A stretch of 64,000 nt of DNA. It comes from a virus. Taxonomy: Duplodnaviria; Heunggongvirae; Uroviricota; Caudoviricetes. Made by a program: the position numbers and the translations under genes. This document shows, one piece after another, positions 41,101 through 49,368 of this stretch (position 1 is the first letter of the stretch; each line of letters starts with the position of its first letter). Location: the IMG/VR virus record IMGVR_UViG_3300021979_000001, positions 226,948-290,947 of that record, one strand, 5' to 3'. The notes under the pieces are model-generated. The model was not told the origin of the DNA and ran no database searches. It saw nothing but the letters and a program-made list of their open reading frames with translations.

Positions 41101-42326
41101 TGTATGATCACTATCTGGTATGTGTTGACATGTCTATCCAGGCATATGTTATCGCAACATTGGAAGAAGATAACGATTACACTGTGAAAAATGGGGTTCT
41201 TACCATTGTTCCAAATGTGTCCAATGCAAATAACATCAAGGTGACAACATTCACCAATAATCAATTGATGTTTATTAAAACGGTCACATTCTATGGTAAT
41301 AATACAACGGAAATCAAATTTGACTTGGGTGTTGATGACGATCACGTATGGGCAAATAAAAATGGATTGTTGATTAATCCATCAATTGATTTTGGCACAA
41401 AGTTGGAGACATTAGGATTTGATCAACATGGGTTCGATACCCGTGGATTTGATGATGCGGTTGCCGATCCGTCATTAGTTTTCCCGGTTGCACAAAAATT
41501 CGATGACCGATTTGTGTTCACTACGTTTGGTGGCGTTGATGCCCGCAAGGCTAAATCATGGCTGACTGCGACAACTACCCCGACAAATAGTCGTATGACG
41601 CCTATTGTTCTGAAATCTGATTTCGATGTCGTTGGGTTTGATACTGAACCATTTGATTCTCCGGTTCGGGTTCGTGCCCAATCTTCACTAGGGGTTCGTG
41701 GTGTATTCCACATGAATAATACGTGGGAAACAGTATCCCTTGATGATTCAACTGCGATGACCCTGGTTAATGATTTGGACGATGATGCGAATGAAATTGT
41801 TGTTCGTGGCAATCCATTCAATATTTCACCAAAATTGTTAACAGAATATCCGTTTACCTTACCTTCTAGTGAAGGTGCGGGTGTAATCTGGATCAACGGC
41901 GAACGCATCGAATTTTTTGATTTTGATGTTTCCGGGGATACGTTCATTCTGACCGAATTGTGCCGTGGCACCCATAATACCCGTCTGGGGAATGAACAGC
42001 GCATTTCAACCATGGTTGCCGCAGATGGGGTTCAAACGACATTCACGTTGGAAAATGCATCCACCACATTACCGTTAGACATCGCAGTTATTAAAAACAC
42101 GGTAGACGGTAGTTCTGGTCAAGTTGTTTTTAGCCCAGTGTCATTGACTTCTGGGGTAGATTACAACGTAGTGCAAAATGGGAATAATATTGATGTGACC
42201 TTGGTTGATATTCCAGAAAACGGAAATTATGTCAGTCTCGCGCAAACAATTGGATATTCTCATTTGGCGGGGTCACTCGTTTATGATGGTTATCCCATAA
42301 TTAAGCGAGGTCAAGTCATCGCATAA
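32157..42326 (+). CDS. Giant baseplate wedge/scaffold protein (gp7-like, 3389 aa)
   Basis: ATGA-coupled to gp6; motifs TDRPHLTPWEMLGF, YIDEVKPYRVK and GVIWINGERI; contains FD repeats and a CBM5/12-like motif. Confidence 0.75.
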   Translation: MTEKRRIIDQLPVVHQTETLRKFFAATADHLFQPGKSTPFSGYIGRKPSYFDPYKDFYVTEPTALRQAYQLEPAMLSYDSSATINQILFYEDMVNSIRANGGNIDNQSRLFDSEYYSWAPPVDLDKLCNPSQYFWVGNRAEIPTVTMTSPSLTHLGDGIRNQFAIPDVIPGIEPAREHIQVFVDGRSVTFTLVSGEVVTDEVPNSGSMITVLRYGDLNLLLTGLPNIDPSYFTDQTTYLTNGMQVVLVDGETMFSGFDMQPFDEITLPNLLEGQFDIGETPDDDYSFDHTPFDIGFDQYPFDTGATKAYELSGVGEAIALIEIDLTENHEPRYVVMDRGARDGNPWSANNYWVHKDAISWAGSVISSNQATRPIIEFNGNMKLWNYGSQKLNPVQSTLFDDITVIFAGEPLVLDFGDFIGNTVSQVQLDNPPSTVMLDGGYSPVNGDRILVQTETYQGIYEAKISTINDNGVKLILTFELTDDNVDIGSMVITSIGSYWYDGVEWLASQSFDAIPLFDLFDANGNSLGDQSVYPGSTFAGSPVFSYAITDTATTDSVLGLSLRRNDYGQIMFENHLGTKSYEYDGGAILGYKYYLNDGGFGNMWHLAEKPTSQTETDGIATIPLNLQANPDNEEVTFISRNQWFQHFNSIFENQDGFTGQPYASNNWRDTAKDLSRGTSILQHRSPMLKTMLLASDDRFDILDAIRYVEQEYNRFRAKFTQKIVDLNNIGELDENNSADEWVDAILTSLKTNKTNDFPFAFSSMAGDNNFIPATPASFGLLQCSRPAIVTDNTYTTPVNLIRCHDGSLLPAFNDLRDNIILALEQRIFDNIPDNFKDESRPVFDIAQYIETKFFKPETGYTRAEFISMIGVRGERWAQSNSLDYRTNESFDETNPFTWNYRGTLDLDGEQTPGHWRAIYRWFFDTDRPHLTPWEMLGFSMAPTWWVTTYGTDWSRNNTTLWDHLEQGYIAAGERMGIDARYSRPGLSRIIPVDGSGKLIDPITAGIFPTAPTVQQAQKAWVMGDQGPVENLWMHTPGYRYSLASIAYLMKPVRFVSQGWDSENFKLVHGSQWVNDSDIRSQVKSLYVHGELHDDGHRVIHLGIQQWIADMMVSRGQNVDILGQALRGTVVRLAHKVAGFTSTDNMSVVADNFGLVPSEDITIDLYQSPSIREEFYSGVLIEWVGTGWRVIGYDASYPEFKMYDPDRSGPKYIISLDNSTQPVINPWRPNVFYTANSYVEFNGSVYTSNRSHTSGSSFEQEFWTAAPGVHASTAPKVTKYGRYTDDIIVVPYGTVFATRQEVSDFMLGYEQYLIAQGWKFNDVDDNSIPKDFTASVREYLSWSQVQWAEGNFVTLSPIADRVVFETTHGMILNTERTSNGIYGMVNRTGNAINANDTTVTRIDGNIEMVSRYGDIYGARVRINEIEHIMVFANITIFDDIIYQPLFNLRQPRLRVLAQRTSDWLGRLDAPGYVLIDNQITPNFDKQAEDVRTMFDIEQADNKLLRNHARHLIGYQERSYLDGLILSDTQQFEFYQGVIQQKGAPGVFNKLQRSQYIGQSRDLKFMEEFAIRLSQYGAVALNNRLSFQIKHSDTRRDPQVILFGSAAVRDDEINLTGDDTRWVDRPDVISNAFSQRDTFDNVETDLPTAGPVRLTEVDHTTFNRDGVSSLEIGHGDRIWIYDHLGTWDVVRGFYPSVDDTENNVTHIDTTAEDENVTGSRIYFENATGLTNNIIGKQIVFTTETYTTPDLIGVHDIVSVGSNWIEIDNGDAGYNFVDNPETIPPSVLVLHSMRETTAPIIDGDLYYDTTNEAWFVSQVVSGVKTVIRNRPFKMNSAVFKHALIYDLESKIIDQRLMSEPLVVDHLNIIDPVSGFIPGTAERELTFKSEFDPASYNTGSALTRPGMAWGPTQVGQLWWDMSTARFLEVETDTFTGDVTRDSAEMLYRSTYWGQLAPGSSIDVYEWVRSDVPPADWTTNSITDATGTYEGEVYGGQDNAAWVERMEYDSNQDKLTTVYYFWVKGRTTTPYIADRKIDATTVARLISNPAALDIPWIAAIAPNAVIVGGVQQFLNDTGTVLQIDQRIGDHDSNTHAQYMLMRPNDSRSLPPEWLWNKMRDSLVMFDDYLRPVPDTTLHVTHRTGIQRQPRQSMFDTANNGVLNARQSFVGYLNYVFSQDRYLSIRPEILTAFDAVDEPGDYLSWSSEVSVTVPPMPRPVDYDYKVKSIEERDKLLLTDDFITAMSRNETRRVLVDGLNDTYPNWSVWVFDPNNVVGLPDANDVGFAVIMLSLANDVYRLAKSYDYQVETIVDRNALTPEVGDRVLVNGTKDTGWFWTVYAYAPDHEDADANGYVLSRWQQFDCNDFWEAVDWYAAGYGVNDAPAVHYPSLSARNAAEGQEPINTFVQVDNDGSGNWAWTKFEDGFWNVVGAGNATLKLSDAFYDVSRELVGVSAFDGDKVSNRDGSFELRVMMDQLRAVILTDLEINQTFFSMLHFIHSQQDQVDWVFKTSFLSVGGYNEPLIQTPVEQPDNTQDLLDYIDEVKPYRVKTRDFVRSMTPNRDDALVHVTDFDKPIYYDSALGRYRRLDPSKPVDLEILTTRQPWKDWYDALINNPELLRNVKGSIKFDRVTGDDQPTYSIITSGDMLDTPDMVIEGSDADDAEWLINPNANDLRLRDPHASGHPEELMPIKSNDGLSIIVNSEGTTGNPDHIVRVFDTTSSMGDTAKLSMGSIPQSSDAVAVFRDGIRATELDDYTIDHFNREVTVNLDYGSDRASRIVIHSMTSGGATAVDEEHYYNFDVDLNFELDTEPNGRHVIVMVNGEEASYTISGTTVTLDHTPELNSDVMITMFGYGSNFDVPEVGFDQAPFDQTDVVLDDSEIRVYVEDLTYNANQTWTLAHPSDQHGPEHATTIVEVDGLRIMPPETHYVNITSQFRVIELNRKPDDVNNIVIWINGEQYSGGIAYNSEWSSISDLMSDDNVTDSFAVYDHYLVCVDMSIQAYVIATLEEDNDYTVKNGVLTIVPNVSNANNIKVTTFTNNQLMFIKTVTFYGNNTTEIKFDLGVDDDHVWANKNGLLINPSIDFGTKLETLGFDQHGFDTRGFDDAVADPSLVFPVAQKFDDRFVFTTFGGVDARKAKSWLTATTTPTNSRMTPIVLKSDFDVVGFDTEPFDSPVRVRAQSSLGVRGVFHMNNTWETVSLDDSTAMTLVNDLDDDANEIVVRGNPFNISPKLLTEYPFTLPSSEGAGVIWINGERIEFFDFDVSGDTFILTELCRGTHNTRLGNEQRISTMVAADGVQTTFTLENASTTLPLDIAVIKNTVDGSSGQVVFSPVSLTSGVDYNVVQNGNNIDVTLVDIPENGNYVSLAQTIGYSHLAGSLVYDGYPIIKRGQVIA

Positions 42327-42346
42327 CTACGTCGATATATTTCAAT

Positions 42347-42385
42347 AAAAAAGACCGGGTTGTATTTTCAGCCCGGTCTTTTTTT
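42347..42385 (+). terminator. Intrinsic terminator
   Basis: AAAAAAGACCGGGTTG-TATTTT-CAGCCCGGTCTTTTTTT. Confidence 0.85.
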
Positions 42386-42443
42386 ATATCCAACGTTAAT
42401 AGGTAAATAAATAGATAAAACCAAGTTTATAGGCGTTTAATTT

Positions 42444-43136
42444 ATGACGATGGAAAGCACATACATCCAAACAATTGATCATATGTCAATTAATGACACC
42501 GATACCGGAGAAGCAATTGTCAGCAAACGTGGTCATTCACCACAAAATACGGATTCTTATGCAAGTATTCGCGCAGAAGGACATGTTTTAATTACTGATT
42601 CGGTATCCGGCGAAGTTATTCTTGATAAGAAAAATGCCATTCACTTTGAGAATTTTGCCGAAGCAATTGCGTTATGTATGGCTAATCGCCCGAAAGGCAA
42701 TATTCATGAAATGGTATTTGGTAATGGGGGATCAACGGTTGATGGAACTGGCGAATTGACATATTTTTTACCTAACACCACCGGGCAAGATTCAACATTA
42801 TATAATCCGACATATTCAAAAGTAGTTGATGATAATAGTCCGTTGAATGCAGACAAAACCAAAAACAATATTCGGGTTCAGCACACGCAGAATACCACAT
42901 TTGCGGATATTTTGATTACATGCACCCTTGATTATGGTGAGCCATCTGACCAGGACATTACGGATGATGCGGTAAATATGTCAGGAAAATATATTTTTGA
43001 CGAAATTGGAATTAGGTCGTTTGATACTGCAACAGGTAACGGGCGACTATTAACTCATGTAATATTTCATCCAGTTCAAAAATCACGAAATAGATCATTT
43101 GAAATTCTATATACAATACGAATTCTAATGGGCTAA
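42444..43136 (+). CDS. Baseplate structural protein
   Basis: EGHVLITD...KKNAIH, FGNGGS, FDEIG and LLTHVIFHPVQKS; late box at 42406-42413. Confidence 0.7.
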   Translation: MTMESTYIQTIDHMSINDTDTGEAIVSKRGHSPQNTDSYASIRAEGHVLITDSVSGEVILDKKNAIHFENFAEAIALCMANRPKGNIHEMVFGNGGSTVDGTGELTYFLPNTTGQDSTLYNPTYSKVVDDNSPLNADKTKNNIRVQHTQNTTFADILITCTLDYGEPSDQDITDDAVNMSGKYIFDEIGIRSFDTATGNGRLLTHVIFHPVQKSRNRSFEILYTIRILMG

Positions 43137-43282
43137 TCATTTATTAATTTAGGTATATCGGAACTTAGTATGATATAAACAGTATATTAGTTTCGATATT
43201 GATATTTAATATGTGAATAAACACTAAATACAATTATTACCCGAAACAATTAAAAAGACGGGATAGGAGATTTTTTAAACCG

Positions 43283-44329
43283 ATGTCTTATAATATTCAA
43301 AGAACCGATGGCACTTCACTTGTAGAAGTTATTAACAAAAGTATCGATACAACCACATGCCCGATTGGTTTTATTGGGTCTGGTGCAGTTGCATTTGGTG
43401 ATACCCTTAATGAAAATCAGTTTCATATTCTCGAAAATTTTGCAAACACAACCTCCCCAGCCGTAAACCCACCCACTGGTATGCTTTGGTTTTCAAAAAC
43501 TGACCAGAAATTAAAAGTGAATATCGGCACACCGGATTCGCCAGATTGGGATTCTCTCGGTGGTGTGACTGTTTCCGGCACCGAACCGTCAAACCCAACC
43601 CCAGGACAACTTTGGTATGATCAAACAAGTAAAGCCCTGATGGTCTGGGACGGATCGGTTTGGAAACCAATTGGTGGGTCTTATACGATCACAACCGATG
43701 GAGCGGGCACAGCAACAATCAATATTGGTGAACACAATCTTGTTGCCTGGATTTCCGGGGAACAAATCATTGGTGTGGTCAGTGATAGTGTTATTGCGGC
43801 GGGCGATTTGCCATCCACGATTTCGATTGAAGATATTATTTTCACGTTTGCCAGCCGTTTTCCAAATGGTATCCGCGCCGGGATCACTCTTGCGTCGGGT
43901 GCAGGTTACGTTCTTGGCGGGACTGCCATTCAGGCTCAATATGCCGACGTAGCTGAACGGTATATGACCACTGAAATACTTATGCCCGGTGATGTCGTTA
44001 GCATTGACGTTATGGGCGACGGTGAAGTTTGCCGTTCAAGAGTGAATAATGACTTTAACGTGTTTGGTGTTATTTCAACCAATCCTGGCATCGAACTTAA
44101 TTCCACTGCCGGTGATGATAATACACACCCATATGTGGCCTTATCTGGTCGAACTCCATGTAACGTTATTGGCCCCGTTAAAAAAGGTGACCGATTGGTT
44201 TCATCTGATACACCAGGTTACGCGATGGTTAACAACGATGCAGATTATCGGGCCGTGATTGGTCGCGCACTACATTCATCATCAACTAGCGAAAAGAATG
44301 TAATCGAAATTGTAATTGGATTAAAATAA
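43283..44329 (+). CDS. Tail fibre/baseplate-attached protein with C-terminal ADVAERY domain
   Basis: ENQFHILENFA, P..GQLWYD repeats, C-terminal YADVAERY...GVISTNP...VALSGRTPC; late box ACTAAATA at 43223-43230. Confidence 0.7.
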   Translation: MSYNIQRTDGTSLVEVINKSIDTTTCPIGFIGSGAVAFGDTLNENQFHILENFANTTSPAVNPPTGMLWFSKTDQKLKVNIGTPDSPDWDSLGGVTVSGTEPSNPTPGQLWYDQTSKALMVWDGSVWKPIGGSYTITTDGAGTATINIGEHNLVAWISGEQIIGVVSDSVIAAGDLPSTISIEDIIFTFASRFPNGIRAGITLASGAGYVLGGTAIQAQYADVAERYMTTEILMPGDVVSIDVMGDGEVCRSRVNNDFNVFGVISTNPGIELNSTAGDDNTHPYVALSGRTPCNVIGPVKKGDRLVSSDTPGYAMVNNDADYRAVIGRALHSSSTSEKNVIEIVIGLK

Positions 44330-45265
44330 ATGGCATATGCAAAAAGTTCAGTAATTAGTGCAGCAGACATCAAAGGGTTTCAAGATCGTGTCATGAAACT
44401 TTGGGGTCAAGGCACGGGTGATTACGGATACGGACAGACTGGCTATGAAAGTAGCCCGGTCCCGGTATCTGGTGGTGTAATCGACGCCCAAACATTTCGT
44501 GACATGCGCGATGCCTTAAATGTGATGATCCAGCATCAAAACAACACTGTTCCGACTGCATTGCCACCATTGTCAGTTCTGGAAGTGGGTGATGTTGTAA
44601 CAGCACATGAAAGTGATGCCCCATCCAATAATGCGTATGATTTGAACTCGGTTATTTCCCAGGCAGAAACAAACCGGTTCGTTGGTGATAGTTCGTCTAT
44701 GGTGCTGGAAAGTTCGGTAGAAACTGTGGTTCATACCGGTAACTGGTCAGATACGATCACCACCGTTATTGATTGTGAATTTGCGTCCGAAGATGCGGCA
44801 AGATATTTCTTTAATACTGGCGGTCAAATTCGCATGCGATTTTTACATCCAAACGGGACATCAACACAAGACGATGATTGGCGCGATATTTTTACCAATA
44901 AAGTTGGCACCCTAACGTTTGGAACCCATTTTACATCAAATACCGGCACAACAAATGCTTCACTCGCATCGGTTGGTTATTACGAAATGACATCCGCAGA
45001 CAAAGTGATTTATAATGGCGCAAATATTGGTTCGGGTGCCTATACTGTTAATGACTTGATGGTTTATGCATCTTATCAAAATTATACCGGGGTGCGTGGC
45101 GCAAAAGGAACAACCGTTCGCTTCACAATCAGCATGTTTGACCAGCATACTAACGTATATAGCGACGTTGTTGCATCTGGCACGAGCGTTAAATTTGATG
45201 TATACCGGTCATCCACATATTTTCCAGTGGCATCGCCTGTTTTCAGCATTGTTGATCCTCTTTAA
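44330..45265 (+). CDS. Virion structural (tail/fibre-associated) protein
   Basis: GDYGYGQ and ARYFFNTGGQI; starts immediately after the fibre gene. Confidence 0.65.
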   Translation: MAYAKSSVISAADIKGFQDRVMKLWGQGTGDYGYGQTGYESSPVPVSGGVIDAQTFRDMRDALNVMIQHQNNTVPTALPPLSVLEVGDVVTAHESDAPSNNAYDLNSVISQAETNRFVGDSSSMVLESSVETVVHTGNWSDTITTVIDCEFASEDAARYFFNTGGQIRMRFLHPNGTSTQDDDWRDIFTNKVGTLTFGTHFTSNTGTTNASLASVGYYEMTSADKVIYNGANIGSGAYTVNDLMVYASYQNYTGVRGAKGTTVRFTISMFDQHTNVYSDVVASGTSVKFDVYRSSTYFPVASPVFSIVDPL

Positions 45266-45286
45266 TTATTTCAAAATAATATAGAC

Positions 45287-45345
45287 TTTAAAGGCCCTGG
45301 AATGTTATTTTTGGTTTACCAAAATTTCAGAATAGGGCCTTTAAA
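45287..45345 (+). promoter_or_regulatory. Long hairpin occluding the RBS of the first gene of the modification operon
   Basis: TTTAAAGGCCCT (45287-45298) and AGGGCCTTTAAA (45334-45345) form a perfect 12-bp stem with an inner TTTTGGT/ACCAAAA hairpin; ATG at 45348. Confidence 0.55.
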
Positions 45346-45347
45346 TT

Positions 45348-45701
45348 ATGAACACTGATGATCGCCTAGATAAAGCACTGGATCACGCAAATTACGTGTC
45401 ATCACTGACAAATCAGCTTAAAGCTGCGTGGCTTAAAACCGAAACAAAACTGAACTATGCAGTCAATGGTGGAATATTTCCGATCACCATGGAATTGATC
45501 AGTTTTGTCGATTGTTTGATCCGAGCCGGGCACACTGAAACGATTCTGTTCGATAATAAAAACAGACCAATCAAAATCCAAAACCTTCCCGATTTTTATG
45601 CCGAAATAATGTCATTGTATCACGAAACCGCAAATGGTTATTACAATGATTATGAAAATGTGCGCAAATCACGTAATGTTGCAAAGGTGGTTGGCCTATA
45701 A
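45348..45701 (+). CDS. Hypothetical protein
   Basis: 117 aa; TAATG-coupled to the first glycosyltransferase. Confidence 0.7.
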   Translation: MNTDDRLDKALDHANYVSSLTNQLKAAWLKTETKLNYAVNGGIFPITMELISFVDCLIRAGHTETILFDNKNRPIKIQNLPDFYAEIMSLYHETANGYYNDYENVRKSRNVAKVVGL

Positions 45702-46600
45702 TGACTTCTCGTGGTTTTCTTATGTTTGCCCATAATAATGACCAAGTGCATTATGGGGCTATTGCATTATGTAACGCGCTGATGATTAAACATAATCTTG
45801 AAAATTCAGATGTATGTTTGATCACCGATGAAAGCACTATTCGCGAAATCAAAATCAGATGTGGTGAAGAAATGTTCGAAAAGGCATTTGACCATGTTGT
45901 GATTGATGATAGCAAAAACCGAAAGGGAAATACACAGGAACGTAGGTTTAATGACACACGTCATACCAATCATGATCTATTGTGGTATAATCAGTCTCGT
46001 GTAAATGCATTTAATTTATCCCCGTTCGACGAAACAATCCTGATTGATTGTGATTATCTTGTCATGAATAACATGTTTGATAAGGTGTGGGGAATTGCGG
46101 ATGACTATCTGATTAATAAACACGTCGTTACCCTGGAACATAAGTCAGCGGATGCTGTTGATCAACGATTATGCCCAACTGGTATACCGATGTATTGGGC
46201 AACATGCGTGTATTTCAAAAAAACCGATGCCGCTAAACTGCTATTTGATTTGGTAGAGCATATTCGTAATAACTATGAATATTATCAGTTTTTGTATGAT
46301 TTTTCCGGGGTTGTGTATCGGAATGATTATGCATTTTCAATTGCAATTCATATTTTGAACGGTTTTACGGAAAACAACGACAATGCATTCCCAACACCTT
46401 ATATCCTTACCAGTTTTGATTGTGACGATATTCATTCGATACCAAATATTAATGAAATCGTGTTCTTTGTTAACAACACAACAGAACAATGGAAATTTAT
46501 GGCACATCGAACAAAAGATTTGAATGTCCATATTTTAAACAAATTCGCAATTGATCGACAGGTTTCTCGCATAATTGAACTGTATGGTAAAACACAATGA
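45701..46600 (+). CDS. GT-A glycosyltransferase-like protein 1
   Basis: GFLMFA, FDHVVI, SPFDETILIDCDYL (DxD) and RNDYAFSIA. Confidence 0.7.
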   Translation: MTSRGFLMFAHNNDQVHYGAIALCNALMIKHNLENSDVCLITDESTIREIKIRCGEEMFEKAFDHVVIDDSKNRKGNTQERRFNDTRHTNHDLLWYNQSRVNAFNLSPFDETILIDCDYLVMNNMFDKVWGIADDYLINKHVVTLEHKSADAVDQRLCPTGIPMYWATCVYFKKTDAAKLLFDLVEHIRNNYEYYQFLYDFSGVVYRNDYAFSIAIHILNGFTENNDNAFPTPYILTSFDCDDIHSIPNINEIVFFVNNTTEQWKFMAHRTKDLNVHILNKFAIDRQVSRIIELYGKTQ

Positions 46601-47469
46601 ATAGAACATTTGAACGTGATCGGGGATTTGTCACTTTTGCACAAAATGGACAACATGACTACTTAAAAATGGCATATGCCCTGGCCCTTAGCATTAAAGC
46701 AACACAGTCCAATTATGGACATTTGTCAGTGTTTATTACCCCCGGTATGACAATTCCTGGCAAATACAAAGAAGTGTTTGATCATGTCATTGATATTCCA
46801 TGGGGTGATGAAGCCGAATGGGCAGACTGGAAACTGCAAAATGAATGGAAAGCATATCACATCACACCGTATCGGGAGACAATCAAACTCGATGCCGATA
46901 TGCTTTTTACCAGTGATGTATCAAGCTGGTGGGATTATATGGCAGTTCAAGATGTATGCATGACAACTAATACAAAAACATATCGAAACGAAGACATAAC
47001 AAGTGATTTCTATCGCAAGGCATTTGTCGCAAATAATCTACCAAATGTTTATACCGCGTTTATGTATTTTAAATATAGTGATCTCGCACAGGAAGTATAT
47101 CAACTGGCCGAAAATCTGTTCCATTATTGGAATGAATTATCGTTTAAGTATCTCGATGATGCCGAAACCAGACCTGACCAACCATCAACGGATATAGTCT
47201 TCGCTATGGCGGCTAAAATGGTTGGTGAGCGACTTTGCACGGTTTCTAATGGGGTAGCACCATCTTTCGTTCACATGCGCTCCAAGGCGCAGAAATGGCC
47301 GTTAAAAGGATATACCGAAATCTGGACAGATCATGTCCCGGTAGGTTTAACGGACGATTTACAACTAAAAATCGGTCGCCATCGACAAACCTTACCGTTT
47401 CATTACCACATTAAGTCATTTTTGACGGATGATGTGATTAAAACATATGAAAAAGCATTGGGTATTTAA
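46597..47469 (+). CDS. GT-A glycosyltransferase-like protein 2 (paralogue of 1)
   Basis: GFVTFA, FDHVIDI, TPYRETIKLDADML (DxD), STDIVFA and FVHM. Confidence 0.72.
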   Translation: MNRTFERDRGFVTFAQNGQHDYLKMAYALALSIKATQSNYGHLSVFITPGMTIPGKYKEVFDHVIDIPWGDEAEWADWKLQNEWKAYHITPYRETIKLDADMLFTSDVSSWWDYMAVQDVCMTTNTKTYRNEDITSDFYRKAFVANNLPNVYTAFMYFKYSDLAQEVYQLAENLFHYWNELSFKYLDDAETRPDQPSTDIVFAMAAKMVGERLCTVSNGVAPSFVHMRSKAQKWPLKGYTEIWTDHVPVGLTDDLQLKIGRHRQTLPFHYHIKSFLTDDVIKTYEKALGI

Positions 47470-48440
47470 TGTCTAAATATATAATCGTCACGGATGACCA
47501 CAATACTACCGATGATGTTATGCAAAAATCGGGTAAAATTTATTTCAAACCGCCATTTGGTGAAATCGTTGCCGTAAGTGGGCATGATGATAAAATTTTA
47601 TCGGAAAAATATGACAGCATCACAGTTGATAACGAAACAATCACAAACTTTCATAATGGCAGTCTGCAAGTTGAGGATTTTTTAGTTAGAACGACATTGG
47701 AATCACCCGATCAACCGGTATTGATACAGAGTCGATGCGTTATTACCGTTATTCCTGGCACCAGTTTTACCGAGATGGCACATGAGATGCCTGATACCAT
47801 GATCACGGCACGAACTTCCATTGATCGTGTAACGCGGACACTCGTGGTTAATATCGAAACCAAGTTTGAAATCGCCACGGATGCAACCAAAGATCAAACC
47901 CTTGTTTTATTCATTACCAAAGGCGATGATATTACCCAATTGTTCGCACAAGTGAAAGTATCATTGCTCGAACTTGCACGAGAACGATGGGTTGCTGTCC
48001 CGTTGCCCGTTGCCAAACTTCCCGAAAATTTAACTGTTTTTTACAAAGACATCATTGAAGGGATGTGGTTCGATGCAACCGAAACAGCCGGACATCGTGC
48101 CCGTTTGCCTATTGGTAGCATGGCAAAGGTAAAAACGTTTGAACGCGCACAGGTGCATCCTGACTATCCAAGTGTTGTAGCAACGATTTCTGACAATGAA
48201 TTAACGATCACAAAATATCTAGGTGGTGGTGCCCCAATATTATCAAACATCAAACAAATTCCAATTTTGATTACTGAAAAAGGTAACGCAGATAAAATAT
48301 TTTTTTCTGCTATCATTTCAAAAAAAGAAATAGACGGTGATGATCCTATTTCGTTAAAAGTAAAAAATATTCCAAATCGTTTTGATTTGGTTTCATTACC
48401 AATTTTCCACAATATGGTTATAATCGATGAAAACATTTGA
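47469..48440 (+). CDS. Hypothetical protein (two internal ITxxGDxD-like repeats)
   Basis: Coupled ORF; LFITKGDDITQLF and ILITEKGNADKIF resemble each other. Confidence 0.65.
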   Translation: MSKYIIVTDDHNTTDDVMQKSGKIYFKPPFGEIVAVSGHDDKILSEKYDSITVDNETITNFHNGSLQVEDFLVRTTLESPDQPVLIQSRCVITVIPGTSFTEMAHEMPDTMITARTSIDRVTRTLVVNIETKFEIATDATKDQTLVLFITKGDDITQLFAQVKVSLLELARERWVAVPLPVAKLPENLTVFYKDIIEGMWFDATETAGHRARLPIGSMAKVKTFERAQVHPDYPSVVATISDNELTITKYLGGGAPILSNIKQIPILITEKGNADKIFFSAIISKKEIDGDDPISLKVKNIPNRFDLVSLPIFHNMVIIDENI

Positions 48441-49317
48441 TATTACTGAATTTGATTTATTTTTACTGTCATATGATGAACCGAATGCAAATGAAAACTG
48501 GTCCCGATTATTGGAAATTGCCCCGTGGGCAGAACGTATTCATGGCGTCAAAGGGTTTGATGCAGCACATAAAGCAGCAGCAAATGCTAGTTCAACGGAC
48601 TGGTTCATCACCGTGGATGCGGATAACGTGGTGCGCCCCGAATTTTTCAACCTGAAAATCGATCTGGATGTAGATGCAACACCAAATCGGTGTTTCTCGT
48701 GGAATGCTGAAAACAAAATCAACGGGTTAATGTATGGCAATGGCGGACTGAAACTTTGGTCTAAACAATTCGTGATGAATATGCTGACCCATGAAAACGC
48801 AAAAGATAGCCAAACCTCGGTGGATTTTTGTTGGGAAACCGATTATGTGCAGAAACCGGAAACATATTCCGATGTGTATAATAATGGGTCGCCTTACCAG
48901 GCATACCGAGTTGGTTTTCGTGAAGGTGTTAAACTATCGCTTGACCGTGGACATCGGATAATGCCATCAGACATGACATCAAAGTTGCATCCTTTGAACA
49001 TGCGGAACCTTCGTATATGGGGATCAGTCGGGGCAGATGTTGAAAATGGCGTGTGGGCAATGTATGGTCTACGCAATGGATTAATGCATATGTGTAATAT
49101 GACATGGGACCACACCAAAATTATTGACTATGCGTGGTTTGACGAACATTGGAAAACTGCCGGGTTCGATAATATCATTGATCCCAATTCTGAACTATAT
49201 GATCGAATGGACGAAATGGGTGATGACATATTTAAACAAACCAAAATTTATATGCCATTACTTGGACAACGGGAATCGTCGTTCTTTCGGGAAACATACG
49301 CGCTACGTAATATTTAA
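48427..49317 (+). CDS. GT-A glycosyltransferase-like protein 3
   Basis: LSYDEPNA, RIHGVKGFDAAHKAAA, FITVDADN (DxD), NGLMYGNGGLKLW and QAYRVGFREGVK. Confidence 0.7.
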   Translation: MKTFDITEFDLFLLSYDEPNANENWSRLLEIAPWAERIHGVKGFDAAHKAAANASSTDWFITVDADNVVRPEFFNLKIDLDVDATPNRCFSWNAENKINGLMYGNGGLKLWSKQFVMNMLTHENAKDSQTSVDFCWETDYVQKPETYSDVYNNGSPYQAYRVGFREGVKLSLDRGHRIMPSDMTSKLHPLNMRNLRIWGSVGADVENGVWAMYGLRNGLMHMCNMTWDHTKIIDYAWFDEHWKTAGFDNIIDPNSELYDRMDEMGDDIFKQTKIYMPLLGQRESSFFRETYALRNI

Positions 49318-49368
49318 AATGCTGGAAATATCAGACATTATTCACTTAACAGGTATGAAATTATTAAA

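Noticed and set aside
43154-43199. Imperfect inverted repeat ATATCGGAACT...AGTTTCGATAT
   Set aside because: It is weak, AT-rich and has no clear U-tract, so no function can be assigned.
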